Below, piece after piece: positions 34,329 to 38,996 of a stretch of DNA of 38,996 nt. Numbering within the stretch: the stretch's first letter is position 1; every line of letters begins with the position of its first letter. A model generated the notes under the pieces. It was not told the DNA's origin. It searched no databases and worked only from the letters and a program-made list of their open reading frames with translations. Source of the DNA: Basidiobolus meristosporus CBS 931.73 (taxonomy: Eukaryota; Fungi; Basidiobolomycota). The DNA is taken from assembly GCA_002104905.1 (NCBI GenBank), contig MCFE01000755.1, positions 1 to 38,996 on the forward strand, written 5' to 3'. Position numbers and translations under genes: made by a program.

Positions 34329-34764
34329 GGCTACTTGTGTACTTGTAGTCAGTATTTTGCCTGCTAGTTACTAGGTGCAGTGCTGTAGCTTATCTGTGCT
34401 GAATTGCTTTGGAGGATGTTACAGAACCAGGCTGAAGTGCCATGCACTGATGTGTACTCTAACTTACCAAAGGCTCCTGCAGTGGAGGTACTACCAGTGG
34501 GTCTTTGTTGGTCAGTTCTCCAGAAATAACTAGCAGATGGTCAGGTGTAATAGCATGTGCAGGTGTGACATGATGTGCTGGCATGGCCCTAAGAGGAGTC
34601 CAATGCAATATTACATGCATTTGCAAGTTTGCCTGTGCTAGTGGACTTGTGTCTAATTGATCAACTTGGAAAGTTCTAAAAGCTTTGCTTTGAACTGTGT
34701 GCATTGACACAACACATGTCAACTTGGTCTTAGACAAAAATCCTGTGCTAAAAGGATGCTGCCT

Positions 34765-35200
34765 TGAAAGAAACAAAACATCTAATTAACAGAAATATCC
34801 TATGGGTTGATGAGATGGAATATGTGGGTGTTCCAACTACTGATGATAATTTAATAGTTGCTTTCCAAAGTAGCCTGACAGACAAGCTTCAGGGCCTTGT
34901 ATTAGACCAAGAGTCTAGAGCTGAGGATTTAAGTTATAGTATGTATATAGAAGACTTCTGAAGCCTTAAAGTGCCAGATGAATGAATCAAGTGCTATCAA
35001 CTGCATTTGCCATGACATCAAAGACAAATTGCTAACTCAATGCTCAATAGCAAACATGGCAAAGAATGCCTGGAATGCATTGGAAGACATATACCAATTG
35101 TGTTCAGCTGCTAAGAGAATGTATCTTAGACAAAAATATCCTACCACAATGATGTTTCAGGAGCAGAAATGAAGATCCTAATTAAAAGTATTACCCTCTT
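34765..35200 (+). pseudogene. Rearranged copia gag fragments
   Basis: LINRNILWVDEMEYVGVPTTDD and KDKLLTQCSIANMAKNAWNALEDIYQLCSAAKRMYLRQK match gag at 15535-15978, but in permuted order. Confidence 0.75.
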
Positions 35201-35677
35201 ACCCTATGGAAAATAATTTGGTCCTGCAGGTGGATCCAATCAAGATCATCCATCAAGATCCTGTTTGGAGACTGTCATAATAACAGCAGCTTGCAATTAT
35301 TGACCCTCCTGACAATCTTATAACAAGATCATGACGGTGTTTTGTGAATTTTACAGCCAAATAAAGGGATAAAACTTGACAATTTTTGATTGGTGCTGTG
35401 ACAATATTTGCATGGTATTGTTGAGGTCTTTCAGCGCTCTATTACTATTTTAAGTGGATCCAGTTGGCCAGGACTTCCAATTGCCTTATATGGCAAGGAA
35501 CTTGACGGTATTTGATGGCCTCACAGCAAGACTCTGATGGCTTTTTCTTGGCAGTATGACAGCCTGCCACTGGTTCTGTATAATGTTACCGTACCAATTC
35601 ACCAAATGGTATTTCCTTTTCTCCCTCCCCTTGTGCAATTCATATATTCCACTGTAGAATCATCTTTCTTTATTTGC

Positions 35678-36070
35678 TTACCCACTTCCACTTTGGGTAT
35701 TCCACATATAGCTCAAATCAAGAAAAACTATGGCCTCCTGCTTACTAACCTCTACAAATGCGCACACCTGTTGCAATTGACATACTTCTATCACCACAAC
35801 TTTACAGCTTCTTAGTGTGATACTTGCAAAGTTGCTATATACCTTGTACTGCTGGTAGCATATACATCTTGCAAACATATGCTTGGTTGTTGCCACTTCT
35901 GCCATGAATACCTCCTGAATATTGGCAAAGAACTTCTTGGTACTTAGCCAAAATATTCCTTCTCCCTGCTGGATTCTAGACCCCCTTATAGGTGTGCTCT
36001 GCCTTTTGTTTGTGTGAATTCCGTATTGAATGGTGTAGAAGTTGGCTTGTGACCACAAGAAATCCGTCAT
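35678..36070 (-). pseudogene. Probable transposase C-terminal segment, in a different frame from 36135-38369
   Basis: FFANIQEVFMAEVATTKHMFARC...VVVIEVCQLQQVCAFV is conserved in copy 2 (9329-9556). Confidence 0.55.
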
Positions 36071-36134
36071 ATCTTTGTGGAGTTTTCCTGAAAGGTATTA
36101 GTTGCTTGTTGCACCCAACCCAACTTTGCATTAC

Positions 36135-38369
36135 TTAGCTGATTACCCACACATTGGGGCTGCTTAGCTTCTTAATACCATAGGCATAAGTGTCTCCATG
36201 TGCACATTTGTCTTCAGTATTTTCCAACTCTTTCTGGCTGTCCTCCCTGTGCCAACTCATCACATCCATGACAGACATGAAGTTAATATTCTTGATGAGA
36301 TTGGGATATGGTAGTACCTGCAACTTGACTTGTCTTCCTATCTCCCCACACATCTGCTCCATAGGAAACTCCCAAAAGGTGAAGCAAGGCCCAATACTCT
36401 CCACACACTGTGCAAGATGGAGTAGAGAATGGATACTGAAGCAGTAGAGATCTTTGCATTCAGCTTTATGTTTGTAGTATAGCCGCTCAAATCCCATCAC
36501 AAACTCCTCACACAACAGCTGTAGATGTAACAAGTTGGCATTGGTGATCCGCTTCTGGATAAATATTCCTACAATGTCCACATATGACTCCCAATGCTTC
36601 CAATGAACTCTTGGTAGGAATGGTTTCAGAACACCACTTGAATAAATACATATCCAGTTCATCCAGTCTTTGCACTTGTATTGTTGCGTATGTGTATGAA
36701 TATTAATCAGAGCCTGTGAGAAGTACTTAGGTTGGCAGATACTCTGTAATATCCTGCCAATTTTTTCAAATTTCTCCGGTATCTTGAAGGGCTCATTTAG
36801 CTTGAAATGCCCCATGTACAACTTGATCATCAATATAGGGATATTGTTGAAAAGCAAATGCATTGCTTCCAGTGGAAAGCTTTTGCTCCAACAGATACCC
36901 TCTATCTTAAGTATCTCTGGTTTCCAATTGATTCCATATTCCAGCCTATGGCTTATAGCTTGCCAACTTTGCTGCAATTGCATGCTTAGTTCTGCATGTT
37001 CTCTCTGTGGAAAGATGATGCTCTTAGTGCTGGTGTTTGGGTAAAAATAATGTGTGTGAGTTATGGAGTGAATCCCCTGGATCACACACATTTGACAGCA
37101 ATACCATCCATTTTGCCCAGAAAAACCTGCTATCTTGCTGATGGCTGGGGTATCTCCAATGCAGATAATAATATGCGCCTTTACATGATGGCCATTTATT
37201 GTTATCCTGCTGGAAAACATACAAAATTCATTCAGCAATGGATACAGGTAGCTATCCAGGTTGGATGGTGAATTAGGCCCAGATACCAGTGAGACTACCA
37301 TCAGATTATTGCTCTGATACCGTAAGATGGGTGGCAGATTCAGATTGATGAGAATCAGTGGCCAGCAGGATTTACTGGTAGAGTACTTGTTTAATGAGAA
37401 TTCAATGAGTGCTAATGCAAAGGCATGGTCATACATACCTTCAAAGTAGCCCTTGCTTCTTAGCTGTTTGTAATGTTTGCCATCAAATATATTGGATATG
37501 TTTGTGCTTGATTGATACTCAGTGCGGTACTCTATAGCATTGCAATATTTGTTAGACTGCCTCAGCTTCCTCAGACAGGGTATGACCGGAATATATCCAG
37601 GGTGTGAACAATGTTTTCCCTCAATAATGGTGGATTCCTGACTATTTGGACATGTTACAATGGTAGCATTTTTGGATGTGAATGCCATTCAACTGTAAAC
37701 ACATGCTGGAATCAGGGCAGTCTCTGAATCATATGTTGCCAGCTGCATGACGGTTGTCCACTTGTACCATGTACATGGTAAGATGCATCCCGGTATGATT
37801 TTGGCTAGAAGTAGTAATAAATCCTCAAAGCCCCCATTACTGATATTAGTGAAAACATGCCCCTTCTCTAGCCACAACATTACATCATTCACCAGTAGAT
37901 GGATTACTGGGCTCACTTGGCTCTATAAAGTATCCTTGGCATTTGTTTCAACACGTGTTGTCTCATTGCATATAGGGATTTGACTGGGCTCATACGTGGT
38001 ACTGTTGTTAGGGGAGATAGGCTCAAAATCCATCAGTGAACCTTCTTCATCAGAGCTATCACTCTGCATGCCATATTCAGGAGGCTGTGGTGAGCCTAAA
38101 GGCATCACAAACTCACCAGACTCAGTTTGCGCAAGGTGACAAAGATGGCCAGGTGCCAATATAGAAGTATCAACTGTCTGGCAAGATAATGTTGGTACAG
38201 TAGTGATGAATGAATGGTCAAATATGATTTGGGTGGCAAAACACTGGCCATGATCCTTGTAATACTTCCTATGCTGTCTGCATGCATCATTGCTGAGAGG
38301 CTTGCCACAATAGCCACATGGTCTTTTTTCTCTTCTATTATGGCATTGAGTCAAAGTAGTCTTGTTCAT
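36135..38369 (-). pseudogene. CACTA Tnp2-family transposase, one 745-codon frame with stops at 37923-37925 and 37689-37691
   Basis: The three listed ORFs share one frame. Motifs: SNIFDGKHYKQL, CWPLILINLNLPP, GPNSPSNLDSYLYPLLNEF, GDTPA, C-x2-C, FPLEAMHLLFNNI, HSLLHLA, FWEFPMEQMCG. The first catalytic DG reads IE. Confidence 0.93.
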
Positions 38370-38591
38370 GGGGCAAACAGTTTGACCTTCAACAATGTGA
38401 CGCTATTATATCACTTTTTGGTCAATACTCATGTGAACTTAAGACAGTCCTGTGTTTGAGACATTGCACCTACATGAATGCAAGATTCAATGATGACCTG
38501 CCATAGTAAGCATTATAAATAAAGTTGTGGCACCACATACACACGTATATGTAACACTATTTCCCCTTTGATTTGACTCACTTCCATATAT

Positions 38592-38996
38592 ATGCCACCA
38601 AAAAATAAAGCAAAGTTGTCTGGTTCTCAACCAAACCCCACCGCTGATGGCAACAGAAGAACAGTTGGATAACAGCTTGCTTTGACATTCAGTGCAACAA
38701 GCCAGGGCTACATCCAAAAAAGGCCCTGTGGACAGTGTACCCATTGAAGGTAATAATGCGGACTCCTCAGGCTCTCAGTCAAGTAGGCAATTGATACCTC
38801 TGCGAGCCTTAAGCTGACCGTTATGCTCAGGCAGATGAGAGTGTAGTAAATGCAGTACCCTTTGTTGAAGATTAGCAAGTGGCCATGATAACATCACCAC
38901 CCACCCCATATTAGCAAGTATGTTGTCAGCTAATACCAAAGTATTAATGAAGCAATTAGGTGCAGTGGCTGATAGGATAGATGCAATGGCCCAGAG
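38592..38996 (+). pseudogene. CACTA second ORF (MPPKNKAKLSGSQPN...), 5' part
   Basis: ATG at 38592, 222 bp from the transposase ATG on the opposite strand; the consensus with 18518-18910 is open for more than 130 codons. Confidence 0.55.

Larger units (their letters stand above)
35202..38996 (-). mobile_element. CACTA/CMC (EnSpm-type) transposon copy 3, best preserved, runs off the right edge
   Basis: CCCTATGGAAAATAATTTGG terminus fits the CMCWR consensus; subterminal CAAGATC repeats; long transposase frame. Confidence 0.92.

Noticed and set aside
34459-34776. 105-aa Pro/His-rich ORF as a real gene
   Set aside because: No recognisable motif, no second copy, and it sits between TE fragments.
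36135-37688. Functional or domesticated transposase gene
   Set aside because: It is embedded in a TE with a terminus and sibling copies, has upstream in-frame stops, and has lost the first catalytic Asp.
193-38744. The many 60-110 aa ORFs in the track as host genes
   Set aside because: They are either frame fragments of TE genes or antisense/off-frame shadows of them. None shows an independent recognisable domain.

Overview
Eukaryotic DNA, probably fungal (inferred from the style of the Tnp2 and Ty3 motifs; the species cannot be determined). The window is almost entirely nested, decayed transposable elements, and I could not support any host gene, RNA gene or CRISPR array. Four families dominate. 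(1) A Ty1/copia family with ~348-bp TGTTGTAA...TTACAACA LTRs: two near-complete minus-strand copies (691-5481, 10687-16448), a solo LTR with a 5-bp TSD (8611-8958) and a plus-strand 3' half (30480-32806). (2) A CACTA/CMC (EnSpm-type, Tnp2) DNA transposon with CCCTA termini in three copies (from 6466, 8499 and 35202). The last still has a 745-codon single-frame transposase broken by two stops, plus a divergent second ORF. (3) A chromodomain-less Ty3/gypsy family with 368-bp LTRs and a tRNA-iMet PBS: one two-LTR copy (25359-29864) in a cluster of self-nested fragments and solo LTRs. (4) An unassigned ~1.07-kb TGT...ACA solo-LTR-like element in three copies. All three appear to have inserted at CCGG with a 4-bp duplication, and two of the target sites are confirmed by empty homologous sites inside this window; this is the most notable signal. 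CpG is nearly erased and copies differ mostly by C>T/G>A, indicating methylation- or RIP-like mutation. All counts and identities were made by eye and are approximate.
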